Assembly (NCBI RefSeq): GCF_006345805.1 | Contig: NC_043010.1 | Location: forward strand, 59,086,001-59,150,000 | Direction of reading: 5' to 3' | Source: Octopus sinensis | Lineage: Eukaryota | Length of the DNA: 64,000 nt | In this document: piece after piece, positions 11,892 through 23,463 of the stretch | Layout: each line of letters opens with the position of its first letter | Numbering within the stretch: the first letter of the stretch is position 1 | Made by a program: the position numbers and the translations under genes | Notes under the pieces: generated by a model | Database searches by the model: none | What the model was told of the DNA's origin: nothing | Seen by the model: the letters and a program-made list of their open reading frames with translations, nothing else

Positions 11892-14159
11892 ATGTTCCTG
11901 TCATTGTCTATTGTATTGTCGCTGGTCCAGTGTGTCCTGACCATAGACCTTACCTACCATGTGGAAGAAGAGAGAAGTCCAGGAACCTATGTAGCAGACA
12001 TTGCTGCCGATTCTAAACTTTTGGACAATGTTAAACCATCTGACCAACATTTGATAACATTCAGTCAATTCAAACGAAAGGTGGCACAGTTATTTAACAT
12101 CACCAAAACAGGTAAACTGTACACTGCTCAGACACTGGATGCAGAAGATCTCTGCACATTCAACAAAGAATGTTCCAGAACTATGAAAGTTATTATAAAG
12201 AAAGTGGATAGTTTCACAAAAATATTAAAAGTCAAAATAATCATAGAGGACATCAATGACCATCAACCAAAGTTTCCTATAAAGAATATCAACATACAGT
12301 TTTCTGAGAATATAGCTAAAGGTGCAAAACAATCAATACCCAATGCTATGGACAAAGATGTTGGATTTCAAAACTCATTAGCACAATATGAATTAAAATC
12401 AAAGAATGGAGAACCATTCTCTTTGTCAGTGTCTAAAAGAGTTGATGGTATTTCTTCACTTAAAATAGTTTTAAAAGAAACATTGGACAGAGAAATCAAA
12501 GATACATATTTATTACAGGTCATAGCTAAAGATGGAGGTTCACCAGCAAAACAAGGTATTTTAAATATAAATATTTCCATAATAGATGAGAATGACAACC
12601 CACCTGTATTTTCTAAACCTCTGTATAATGTATCCATACAAAGTACACATCATAAAGCCAAACCCATCATTGTTTTATCTGTGAGTGATGCTGATTCTGG
12701 TGAAAATGGTAAAATTACTTTCCATTTCAGTCCAAAAACATCAGATTTTGCAAAAAGCTATTTTGAAGTAAATGAAAACAGTGGAACTATTTTGTTAAGT
12801 AAATATACAAGTTTAGGAAAAAAGAAAACTTATGAACTGTTTATAGAGGCCAGAGATGGAGGCAACCCTCCCCTCAGTTCCATAGCAACAGTTCTTGTGA
12901 ATGTTATCAACCAACACAATAATCCTCCTTCTATTGATATTGATTATATTTCTGCAATCAATGACAACACAGCTACCATTTCTGAAAACATCAAAGTTGG
13001 TAGTTTCATTGCTTATGTGATGGTCACTGACAATGATGTGGGACAAAATGGAGAGGTCAGCTGTGATATCAAACATGATACATTCAAACTACAGTCAACG
13101 GGATCTAAAGAATATCAAATCATTCTAAACAAACCAGTGGACAGAGAAACACAAGGACACTATAACATTCCTGTCTCCTGTCAAGATAAAGGATTACCTC
13201 CTCTCAAAAGTGTTAAAAGCCTCTCTATCCAAGTGACTGACATCAACGATGTACAACCACAGTTTACCAAAGATACATTCCAATTCCTCACCTACGAAAA
13301 CAAAGATAAAGACTTCCCTATTGGTTTTGTCAATGCCACTGACCCTGATCTTGGATCTGCTGGACAACTCACATATTCTCTGCTGCGTAAAGAAAAATCC
13401 AATCTCCCATTTCTCATCACCAGTTATGGCTTCATTTCAGCGACCATGTCATTGGACAGAGAGAAACAAGATGTGTATAAGTTTGAGGTTTTTGTCAAAG
13501 ACAATGGAAGCCCATCTCTGAATGACACAGCGAATGTTGTTGTTGAGATTCTAGATCAAAATGACAATGCTCCGTATTTTACATATCCTAGTAGTGACCC
13601 TTACACGCTAAATGTGCAGTACCATCCGCAGAGTAAGAGTGACATCACAGTTTTGAGAGCGTCTGATGAGGACAGTGGAAACAATGCTTTCCTCAGATAT
13701 GCAATCATACAAGGAAATGATAAACAGTTGTTTAGTATGAACTCACACAGTGGTGCTTTATCCTTCTCCAGACAAGTTCATCTAAATGATGCTGGAAGTT
13801 ATGAGCTGGTGTTTGTTGTGAAGGACAGTGGTAGTCCAGTTCAGTCGTCAACAACTAGTGTCACTTTGGTATTGGCTGTTAGTAACGAGACATCACCAAT
13901 GTCGAAGAGTGGACCTTTACAATCTTCAGGTCAGGTCCATATGACATGGGTTATTATCATTGTATCATCAGCAGTAATAATATCAGTGGCTATTGTTGTT
14001 TCTATAAAACTGTGTATTATGCAATGTATTAAACACAGAGATAACACAGCTGCTGCCACAAAGAATACAGCCTACCAAGGTAGAGCAGAGATGAAACAAT
14101 TGTTGTACCAGACTAACACTTCTGTTGCTATGTCGAGAACTTTACCAAAACCTACCCCA
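11892..14159 (+). CDS. Pcdh: Protocadherin P1, large coding exon (signal peptide, EC1-EC6, TM, proximal tail; 36-aa tail deletion)
   Basis: 770-aa ORF 11892-14204 with cadherin motifs (LDAE/LDRE, DxNDN, DxD, DGG) and the protocadherin EC1 Cys-X5-Cys motif (CTFNKEC). Acceptor ttttag at 11834-35, donor CCA|GTAAGT at 14160. Spliced product 832 aa. Confidence 0.95.
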
Positions 14160-14330
14160 GTAAGTGGAAACATTACATTTTCTCTCTGTAAAAGTGAACA
14201 ATGAAATCTCTTTGAATATGTTTTAACTTCAATAATACATTCCAATATTAAATTGTTCTCTTTCCATGTTGATTGTAACTTCCATTGTTTGGTGTCTTCT
14301 CACATTTCTTTATCGTTTGTTTGTCAACAG

Positions 14331-14484
14331 AAATACTGTCAACCTGTTGTGGTGACATCAAGTGATGATGCTGTGGAAGATAATGCTACTATGGTTTGCA
14401 ACTATACATCAGATACAATGTCATCCAAGAGAAGTGGTAGACAAGGAGACTTGAAACATTACGAAGAAATACCAGGTGTATCAG
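14331..14484 (+). CDS. Pcdh: P1 cytoplasmic exon (KYCQPVVVT...EEIPGVS)
   Basis: caacag acceptor in phase 0 matches the upstream donor. 154 nt, phase-1 GT donor, present in all six copies. Confidence 0.85.
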
Positions 14485-14740
14485 GTACATTAGCAATATC
14501 TTATCTTGAAATCATCTGAAATTTGTTAGTAACTCTGTTAACAGATTTATAATTGTTTCTAAGAATAAATTAATTCATTTAAATACCAGATTCCTAGAAT
14601 ATTTTCTGTTTTTCCATAACAAGTATTAGAATTTATCTACATTATCATTTCATCTTGTTTCTGTTACTCGTTTCCTATTATTGTCTTTTATAAATATCCA
14701 AGAACGTCCGTTTGTAATACATGTTGTATTTCTTTTCCAG

Positions 14741-14817
14741 ATCAAAGTATTTATAAAAACAATGACACTTCTACAAGAAAGGAATCCACGGAAGAAACAC
14801 CAGTGAAGCATGTATAA
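14741..14817 (+). CDS. Pcdh: P1 terminal coding exon (DQSIYKNNDTSTRKESTEETPVKHV*)
   Basis: ttttccag acceptor, phase 1 keeps the frame open. The last codon varies synonymously between paralogs (GTA/GTT/GTC) before an invariant TAA. AATAAA at 14971. Confidence 0.8.
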
Positions 14818-16578
14818 TTATGTTTCTAAGAAGACATAATCGCAGTTCTTCATCTAAATATGAGATGTTGATATCCCAAACAATGTTAACATGTGCATTA
14901 TTATCTCTTATATATATATAATTAGTAAGTTTGAAAACGGAGAGATTCAAGGGATATAAATTAATTTATTAATAAAGTGCCTGCAACTATTTCACTGTAC
15001 ATCCAATTTAAATTACAAAGCATATACAAATATATTAGTTTGCATTTCAAGATATGTTGGGTGGAAAATCTTGAGGGCATTTTCATATCCTGAAGATTTT
15101 CCACCCAAGATATTTATATATATGCTTTGTAATTTAAATTGGATGTGAAACGAAACAATTGTAGGCAAAGATGTAATTAACTGATAAATTAATTTATGTC
15201 CATTGAATCTCTCCATTTTTAAACTTAATAATAATATTTGATATTTTATGATATATTCATTGAAGAAATATCTCTTCAAAATACCCTATATTAAACCAGT
15301 ATATCTTGGATAAAAATATATCTATCAAAGGTCTAAATATCCTCATAGTGAATATATATATGTCCATATGGAGACATATGAAATTTTGAAACATAGGAAT
15401 AATATAAACTTATTGAATAACTGTTTTGATCTAAGATTATCCTGCATACATTGTGCCACCCGTACTTTTAAGTATTTTAAATAATAGCATTCTGACTATT
15501 CCTAAAGTTTCAAATCTTAATGTTTTTTTTAACCAAATAAGGAAATAATATACCATACTAGCTTTTATTTAACCTGCATAGATTAAGAAATTTTATAATA
15601 TAAATAAATTGAATAAAGTGAAATAAAATCTTTTTAAACTTTCCTATATAGGATTGCATAAATTCCATATATCTAGTGAAATTTATTAAGTTCATCTTGA
15701 TTACCTCCCTTCCATTTTATAGGCTCTTGATATATGTGGCAAATGATAATTTTTTTTTTTACAGGTAATAAATAATATGTCTAGCATATTCCTTTAATTT
15801 AACTCATTGATACAAATAAATTACTATTTACTAACTAACTATAAGTCTATATTAATAATCTGATATATATATTTTTATAAATATGAAATCATTCCTATAT
15901 TCTCCATCCCTATATAAGATACTAAAATTTATTAGAATCCTTTGGAAAAAACTATCTTAGGAATATTTATTTAAAATCACAAGCAGGATTATGACTATTA
16001 AATAAGTTAAGGGCATTAGAAATCTCTAGGGCATTAGAAGTCTCTATTCTCTCTACCCCACTAGCTTCAGCCTACTAACTTTAGCAAATGCACCAAAGTT
16101 AAATTCCTCATAAAAGGGTTGGATTTATGGCTCTGCCATTTGAACTGCCCCTTCCTCTATCTATAAATAGAAAAATTCTTGATTGTCTCCACTGAACTTA
16201 ATAAAGAAAAAAAACCCTGCCCATTGGTAAATCTAAATAACAAAGTGAACTCAGTGATAAAAATCTGCCCATGAGGAAAGATCTTCTACTACCATGTTCT
16301 TACTGATGAAATTCACCTCTCGGTCTATATACCTACCCTCTTTGTAATGTTGGCAAATGGAATAAGTATAGAAAATGAACATTGTCAATATAATTAAAAA
16401 AATTCCATATGTGGCTGAAGAGTGCTCTACATTTTTAAAACTGATGTAATACTTACATTGTTTAATTAAATGAAGTAGCATGAAACGATTGTACTACACT
16501 ACCTTTGTATATCCTTGTTGCTTATTTTGATTATATATATATATGTATATATGTAAGTATATATATGTATATATGTAA

Positions 16579-16615
<37 letters not shown>

Positions 16616-16618
<3 letters not shown>

Positions 16619-17300
16619 TCATCATCATCATCATCATCATTTAGCGTCCGTTTTCCATGCTAGCATGGGTTGGACGGTTCTACTGGGGTCTGTGAAGCCA
16701 GAAGGCTTCATCAGGCCCAGTCAAATCTGGCAGTGTTTCTACGGCTGGATGTCCTTCCTAACGCCAACCACTCCGTGAGTGTAGTGGGTGCTTTTTACGT
16801 GCCACCCGCACTGGTGCCAGACAGAGCTGGCAAACGGCCACGAACGGATGGTGCTTTTTATGTGCCACCGGCACGAGGGCCAGGCGAGGCTGGCAACGGA
16901 CACGAAACGGGGCGGTGCTGGCAACGGTCGCGAAACGGAAAGTTCTCTTACATGCCACCGGCACTGGTAACACATCTGCAATTTCCATTGATCGATTTCG
17001 ATTCTGATCCTCACTTGCCTCAATGGGTCTTCACAAGCAGAGTTTCGACATGCCACCGGCACTGGTAACACATCTGCAATTTCCATTGATCGATTTTGAT
17101 TCTGATCCTCACTTGCCTCAACACGTCTTCACAAGTAGAGTTTTGTGTCCCAAGAAGGGAAGGTATGCATACGTAGGCTGGCTCCATCCCATGTAGAAGG
17201 CCACGGGTTGTGGACTCACTTGTCCTGCCGGGTCTTCTCGCGCACAGCACACTTCCAGAGGTCTCGGTCTCTAGTCATTTCCTCAGTGAGACCTAAAGTT
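16616..17300 (-). mobile_element. RTE-type LINE 3' end, tandem copy 1
   Basis: Minus strand begins with the ORF end LGLTEEMTRDRDLWKCAVREKTRQDK*, then a long 3' UTR and (GAT)n tail. Embedded in (TA)n. Confidence 0.8.
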
Positions 17301-17351
17301 ATATATATATATATATATTATATATATATATATATAATATATATATATATA

Positions 17352-18036
17352 TCATCATCATCATCATCATCATCATTTAGCGTCCGTTTTCCATGCTAGC
17401 ATGGGTTGGACGGTTCAACTGGGGTCTGTGAAGCCAGAAGGCTGCACCAGGCCCAGTCTGATCTGGCAATGTTTCTACGGCTGGATGCCCTTCCTAACGC
17501 CAACCACTCCGAGAGTGTAGTGGGTGCTTTTTACGTGCCACCCGCACTGGTGCCAGACAGAGCTGGCAAATGGCCACGAATGGATGGTGCTTTTTATGTG
17601 CCACCGGCACGAGGGCCAGGCGAGGCTGGCAACGGACACGAAACGGGGCGGTGCTGGCAACGGTCGCGAAGCGGAAAGTTCTCTTACATGCCACCGGCAC
17701 TGGTAACACATCTGCAATTTCCATTGATCGATTTCGATTCTGATCCTCACTTGCCTCAATGGGTCTTCACAAGCAGAGTTTCGACATGCCACCGGCACTG
17801 GTAACACATCTGCAATTTCCATTGATCGATTTTGATTCTGATCCTCACTTGCCTCAACACGTCTTCACAAGTAGAGTTTTGTGTCCCAAGAAGGGAAGGT
17901 ATGCATACGTAGGCTGGCTCCATCCCATGTAGAAGGCCACGGGTTGTGGACTCACTTGTCCTGCCGGGTCTTCTCGCGCACAGCACACTTCCAGAGGTCT
18001 CGGTCTCTAGTCATTTCCTCAGTGAGACCTAAAGTT
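17352..18036 (-). mobile_element. RTE-type LINE 3' end, tandem copy 2 (736-bp period)
   Basis: Near-identical to 16616-17300. ORF-track entries repeat at a 736-nt offset. Confidence 0.8.
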
Positions 18037-18471
18037 ATATATATATATATATATATATATATGGTGGATTCTCTCATCGAAGACGATGAATGAGGGTTCA
18101 ACAATTCCTAAGCCTTGTGACACCGCATGTGTACTTATATATATATATATAAAGTTTCTGTTAATATGTTTAGTTTTTCTGAGGGCTAGAAATATACAAC
18201 ATTTGCTCATTGTGTAAAGAGGGCTTATTTTAAATGCTACAATATTATCAACAGGAATAAACGATCAGCAGACATATTTTGGGGCTGGTTTACTTCCATT
18301 TCTTTATGTTGTGTGTTCAACTCTCACTGAGGTAGAACTTTTCCTGTCATCCACTGAGGTTTATAATATAATTACCTGTTAAGTACAGGTGTTGAGGATG
18401 TTTGTCTCTTTTCCAAGATGTGACCTCACAACTGTATTAGAAATCTTTCTGGCATTACCGTGTAAATGTAC

Positions 18472-18700
18472 TTAACCCTTTAGTGTTCGCATTATTCTAC
18501 CAAAATTAATGCTTCTTCATCCACATTGCCTTGAACTAATCAGGCATTATCTTGTAGCTATGAGATTTTGATGAGGTAGCTGTTAATTTTTAAAACGACA
18601 TTGTAGGGTTGGTGTGAGAGACCAGATCTGGCCATTTTGAACATAAAACAGGCAGAATACTTTTGGCCGGATATGGCCAGTTTAAATGCTAAAGGGTTAA
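18472..18700. mobile_element. piggyBac-type MITE
   Basis: TTAA-CCCTTTAG ... CTAAAGGG-TTAA: terminal inverted repeats with a TTAA duplication. Absent from the paralogous position in the P0-P1 spacer. Confidence 0.8.
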
Positions 18701-19020
18701 ATATAACATGCATTTTTTACTATTATTAGTAATTATATTCTCATTTTCTTGTTTAATTTTAACATAAACTAAATTACAGAGAAATTACTTTCTCAGTTCA
18801 TTCTGGTGATACAGAAATATTCTTATTGAAAAATAGATAAATATAAAATGAATTGAGCATTTTATCTCATGAAGTTTAGATGTCATATAATTCAGCATGA
18901 ACATAATTGTTAATGCCAGTAATTATCATGAGAAAGAATGAAAGTCACACAATCTCACTTTCTTCCTTTAAGACAAGCATATTTCTCCTGGGGGAAATAA
19001 ATATCAAACAGAGTATCTTC

Positions 19021-19050
19021 ATTGGTCGTCTGGTAAGTCATTCAACCAAT
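19021..19050 (+). promoter_or_regulatory. Paired inverted CCAAT boxes, putative P2 promoter
   Basis: ATTGG 19021-25 and CCAAT 19046-50, identical to the P1 element. Confidence 0.6.
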
Positions 19051-19224
19051 CAGATTCTCACTAAACCATAGAAAGAAATCACTGACAAAGATCAGCATTT
19101 ACATTCCTAACATTATTCAATCAAACAGTTCAATTATAAAATATTATACTTATTGGCATTTATATGTATGTCTGAAAATAGTAAACATCATCTTTGAGGC
19201 TAAATACATACAGGATATTATCAG

Positions 19225-19428
19225 GTGGATGTACCCTCAGAAAACATACAACTTCAGTGACACATGCAACCCTCTCCTAGCAGCAGACTCTCTGCCTGAC
19301 GTGCTACACTACTCCATCACCATAACAGCCATTGTCACACCATTACAGCAGCACTTACAATGGATCTTTCTACAACAATACATCTTTCTCTTTCTCACTG
19401 AATAACCAATGATATAATTACTAAAAAG
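19225..19428 (+). other. Conserved putative non-coding leader exon of P2
   Basis: 204 nt, GTAAGT donor at 19429. The next acceptor preceding an ATG exon is at 23421-22. Confidence 0.65.
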
Positions 19429-19745
19429 GTAAGTTTCCATTTAATCTTTTATAATCTTATTTTATGTAATAAATCTCATTGGATTTGTTAGATATTATTA
19501 TAACATCTTTAATATTAACAAAAAAGAACAAAGACTTTGAATAATAATTCGTTTAGTTTTCCCTAATGCTGCCCATAATTGTTTATACCACAAATAAGTA
19601 GACGATGTTTAATACTTATTCTGTATTCACTTGCAGCAATAATATCTGTTTCTGTATTACATTTGTTACATATATTGATCAGTTGCTATAGAGAAGAGCC
19701 TTTATTACGTGTTTATTGTTTCATGTAAAGAATCTGTAATGATCT

Positions 19746-21730
19746 ATAATAATAATAATAATAATAATAATTGTGTACAGTGCTCAGGTGCACTACAACT
19801 CATCTAAAGTGTATATATAATCAGGTGTAGTTTCGGCGGATTTCGGAAAGCATGAGGGCCTTAAAAGATGCAGTGTCATGGCAGTCAACAACTGACGCAG
19901 GCAGTTTATTCCATGCTTCAGCAACTCTGAGCGTGAAAAAATGTTTCCGAAAGTCATGGGAGCTGTATTGTTTTCTGACTTTGTAGGCATGTCCACGTGT
20001 GTTAGACACATGGAGATCAAAAAGGTGTTCAGTGTTGTTGTTGGTGAGGTGGTTGATAACTTTGTGGGTGTTTACCAAGTCCGTCGCCAAACGCCGGAGC
20101 TTCAGTGAATCCATGCCCAGGGAAACAAGGCGCTCAGAATATGGTAGGTGTCTGATGGAGGGTATGCGTTTGGTTGCACGTCTCTGGACAGATTCCAGGA
20201 GGTCAATGTTCTGTGCAAGATAGGGGTTCCAAACTGATGATGCGAATTCCAAGTGTGGTCGTACCATAGCTGTATACAGTTTTAAATAGATGGCTGGAGA
20301 GCGGCTAACAAAAGACCTGCTGAGTGATGCCAAGACACCCTCGGCCTTCCTGACAATCTTAGAGATATGCTTTGACCAACGCAAATCACTGCTGACAGTG
20401 ATGCCTAGGTCACGCTCGCAAGAGGATTTCTTGATATCAGTGTTGTGGAGGGAGTAAGTGAACGCAGGGTTTTTTCTCCCAAAATGCATGGTGGTACACT
20501 TGTCCACAGCCAGTTTCAGTTGCCAGTCTGTGATCCATTGCTGCATTGTGTCTAGGTCTGATTGCAGGAAAGAGTTGTAGACATCAGGATCTGTCCTCTT
20601 GATTTCAAGGTACAGCTTGATGTCGTCTGCATATTTCAATACTGTGGCATTCTTTAAATTGGCATCTATGTCGTTAATGTATGCCACAAACAAGAGGGGA
20701 CCAAGGACAGATCCCTGTGGTACACCCGATGACATCTCATATGGTGTAGAGTGCTGTCCTAGAACTGTGACTACCTCCTTTCGGCTGAGGATGAAGGATT
20801 TCAACCAGTTAAAAAGGTCATCCCCCACACCCATTGCAGAGAGTTTCACCATAAGCCTTTTGTGTGGCACAGAGTTGAAAGCCTTAGCAAAGTCAAGGTA
20901 GACAACATCCACCCATGAGCCACTGTCAGTAATCTGAGTAATGTCCTCAAGGAACTCGACAAGCTGGTCACTGCAGCTGGAGTTAGGGACAAATCCATAT
21001 TGTGAGGGTCGGATGAGACTGTGAGAGCTCCAGAAGTTCCAGAGTGTTTCTCTGACAGACGATTCCATCAGTTTTGCAATACAGCTAGTGAGACTGACTG
21101 GGCGATAGTTGACAGGTGATGTGCGGTCGCCCTTTTTGAACAGAGGAATGACACTGGCAGTTTTCCACTGCTCCGGAGTAGCACCATTGTTGAGACAGTA
21201 CTGGAAGAAAATAGAAAGCTGGTGTAAAAGGAAGTGCCTGCCACGTTTGAGAAGCAGGTATGTAACTCCATCGAGACCAGGGGAGGCATAGTTGCGCTTA
21301 TTTTGAAGGTGACGTCGCAGCATTGCAGGTGTAAATTCCATAGTTGTTATGGAGTTTGCTGTTAGTGATGGTGAAGATGGTACATTTTGACTTTCAACAG
21401 TGAATATGTTTGCATAGTACTCGGCAATGAGTTCTGCGCATTCCTTGGGGTCGTCAGTGATCTGGTTTGTGTGAGGGTTGCGAAGAGGGCCCACTGGAGA
21501 GTGAGGTCTCTGCTTTGAGTGCACATATTTCCAGAAAACCTTGCTGTCAGGATTGGCTGCTATGCACTGTTCAAATTCAAGCACTGCTTTTTTTGTCACT
21601 TGCTTGAGATGGTTGGAGGATTTATTCCGCTTCTTCCTGTTGGTGTCTGATTTATGCAACCTGTATTCCCGTTCAGCAGTCCGACGTTCCCTCCTGGCAA
21701 GTCGGACCGCTGAAGTTTCCCAAATTGCCC
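19746..21730 (-). mobile_element. CR1-like LINE, 5'-truncated, reverse transcriptase frame intact
   Basis: ORF 19821-21659 (612 aa) has YRPVSLTS, DFAKAF, GVPQGSVLGP, YADD and RATKRIP, with an (ATT)n tail at 19746-19771. It is inserted where similarity to the P1 leader intron ends. Confidence 0.92.
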
Positions 21731-21735
21731 TTTTG

Positions 21736-21965
21736 GGGCTCCATCAGGCACAGTCAAATCTGGCAGTGTTTCTACGACTGGATGCCCTTCCTAACGCCAA
21801 CCACTCCATGAGTGTAGTGGGTGCTTTTTACGTGCCACCCGCACAGGTGCCAGACAGAGCTGGCAAACGGCAACAAACGGATGGTGTTTTTTATGTGCCA
21901 CCGGCACGGGGGCCAGGCGAGGCTGGCAACGGACACGACAACAGTCGGGGCGGCGCTGGCAGCGG
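21736..21965 (-). mobile_element. Partial RTE-type 3' UTR copy abutting the CR1-like LINE
   Basis: ccatcaggcacagtcaaatctggcagtg...cttcctaacgccaaccact. Confidence 0.7.
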
Positions 21966-22484
21966 TTGCGAAAATATTTCAGGTATCTCATGTGAATGTT
22001 ATAAGGCATTTAAAAACCTTTTGGATGCATGAATCACCATGCTCTTTGGATGCCTCATAATTTAACAGAAAAAAGTATAATGGACCCTATTTCCATCTCT
22101 GATTCTCTGCTCAAATACAACAAAAATGACCCAGTTTGAAAAGAACAACCACAAGTGATGAGAAATGAATTGTTTACAATGATGTAGAGTGAAAATGGTC
22201 TCGGAGAAAGCAAAATGAACTGCCATTAATCACTCTAAAAATCAGTCAGCATCCAAACAAGGTGATGCTCTGTATTGGTTGGGATGGAAGGATATTGTGC
22301 TTTATGAGCTCCTTCTACAAAATCAGACATTGAATTTAGACAAAATTTGCTCAGTGCAAGAGCACCTGGAATGAAATCCTGTTTGATCTTCTTTTAGTGT
22401 TGTGGCAATGGCCTGCCAAGTCCTGCTTAATAACAGAATGTAGAAAACTTTTCCTGTTATGGAGAGCAACAGCGTAAATTTTTT

Positions 22485-22763
22485 GTGGCCGTTGCCAGCG
22501 CCGCCCCGACTGGCCTCTGAGCCAGTGGCACGTAAAAAACACCAACCGATCGTGGCCGTTGCCAACTTTGCCTGGCACGTAAAAAGCACCCACTACACTA
22601 ACGGAGTGGTTGGCGTTAGGAAAGGCATCCAGCTGTAGAAACACTTCCAGATCAGACTGGGCCTGGTGCAGCCTCCTGGCTTCCCAGACCCCAGTCGAAT
22701 CGTCCAACCCATGCTAGCATGGAAAGCAGACGTTAAACGATGATGATGATGATGATGATGATG
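22485..22763 (+). mobile_element. RTE-type 3' end with (GAT)n tail
   Basis: Same family, tail at 22739-22763. Confidence 0.75.
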
Positions 22764-23463
22764 AATTGTTGCAGTTTTTTTGTTGTTGAAACTTCGTAAT
22801 GGCTGCTCTTCTCTAATAGGTTAAGATTTGCTGTATCTGCCAATGGCACTTGAGCAGATTTTTAAGCAGTGCTGCTGCTTCTGCTCAACCATATTTGAAG
22901 GGTTAAACTAAAGTTTGATCCTACGCAGGGGAACAATTACAACAAACAATGAGGAAACAGTTTTCCAGTTTTCTAATCACTTTGTTTCCACCTTAGTGGT
23001 CAGTTCAGTCCTTAGTTGAAGGATTCTGGTGGAGCTTTTGAGTTGTAACTGGACCTGGATGGCTTTATGTCGCTTGAAAGTGTTCCATCTAGAACCAGAT
23101 AGCCCAAGCAATTTCAGTTAGATCCAATTGCAGGGTTTCACATTCAAACTCACCAACTGAATTCCCTTAAGTAAAATTTCTATAATTAAGTTATTTAATC
23201 CCAGTCTTGACTCCAGTACTATTTCTTGGACAACATGGCTATTATTATTGTCTTCAAATGTGTAAAAACATTGAAACTTAAATCATTGGATTGGGCTTTT
23301 ATTCTATAGAAGTACAGTTGCAAAATGATAGTAATGCATTTCTAATACTTTACTAATTATCGTATACTTAAACTGTGACATGTTTTTGATTATAATTAAC
23401 CAAGTAAATATATTTGTTTTAGGGTCAATCTGAAACAAACCTGGACAGCTTCACCTCAACACA

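Noticed and set aside
12368-13521. Short antisense and alternate-frame ORFs repeated within each Pcdh exon
   Set aside because: They are shadows of the conserved coding sequence, with no independent support.
14160-14204. ORF-track C-terminus VSGNITFSLCKSEQ* as the main protein end (all copies)
   Set aside because: It begins at a perfect GTAAGT donor that is frame-compatible with a downstream exon. Kept only as a possible retained-intron isoform.
14253-14519. Recurrent 66-88-aa ORFs MFS(F/L/I)HVDCNF... as separate small genes
   Set aside because: They are intron sequence running into the 154-nt exon and start at a non-ATG codon.
16940-17125. Repeated ~80-bp unit as a CRISPR-like array
   Set aside because: Only two adjacent copies inside a retroelement UTR, no unique spacers, and eukaryotic context.
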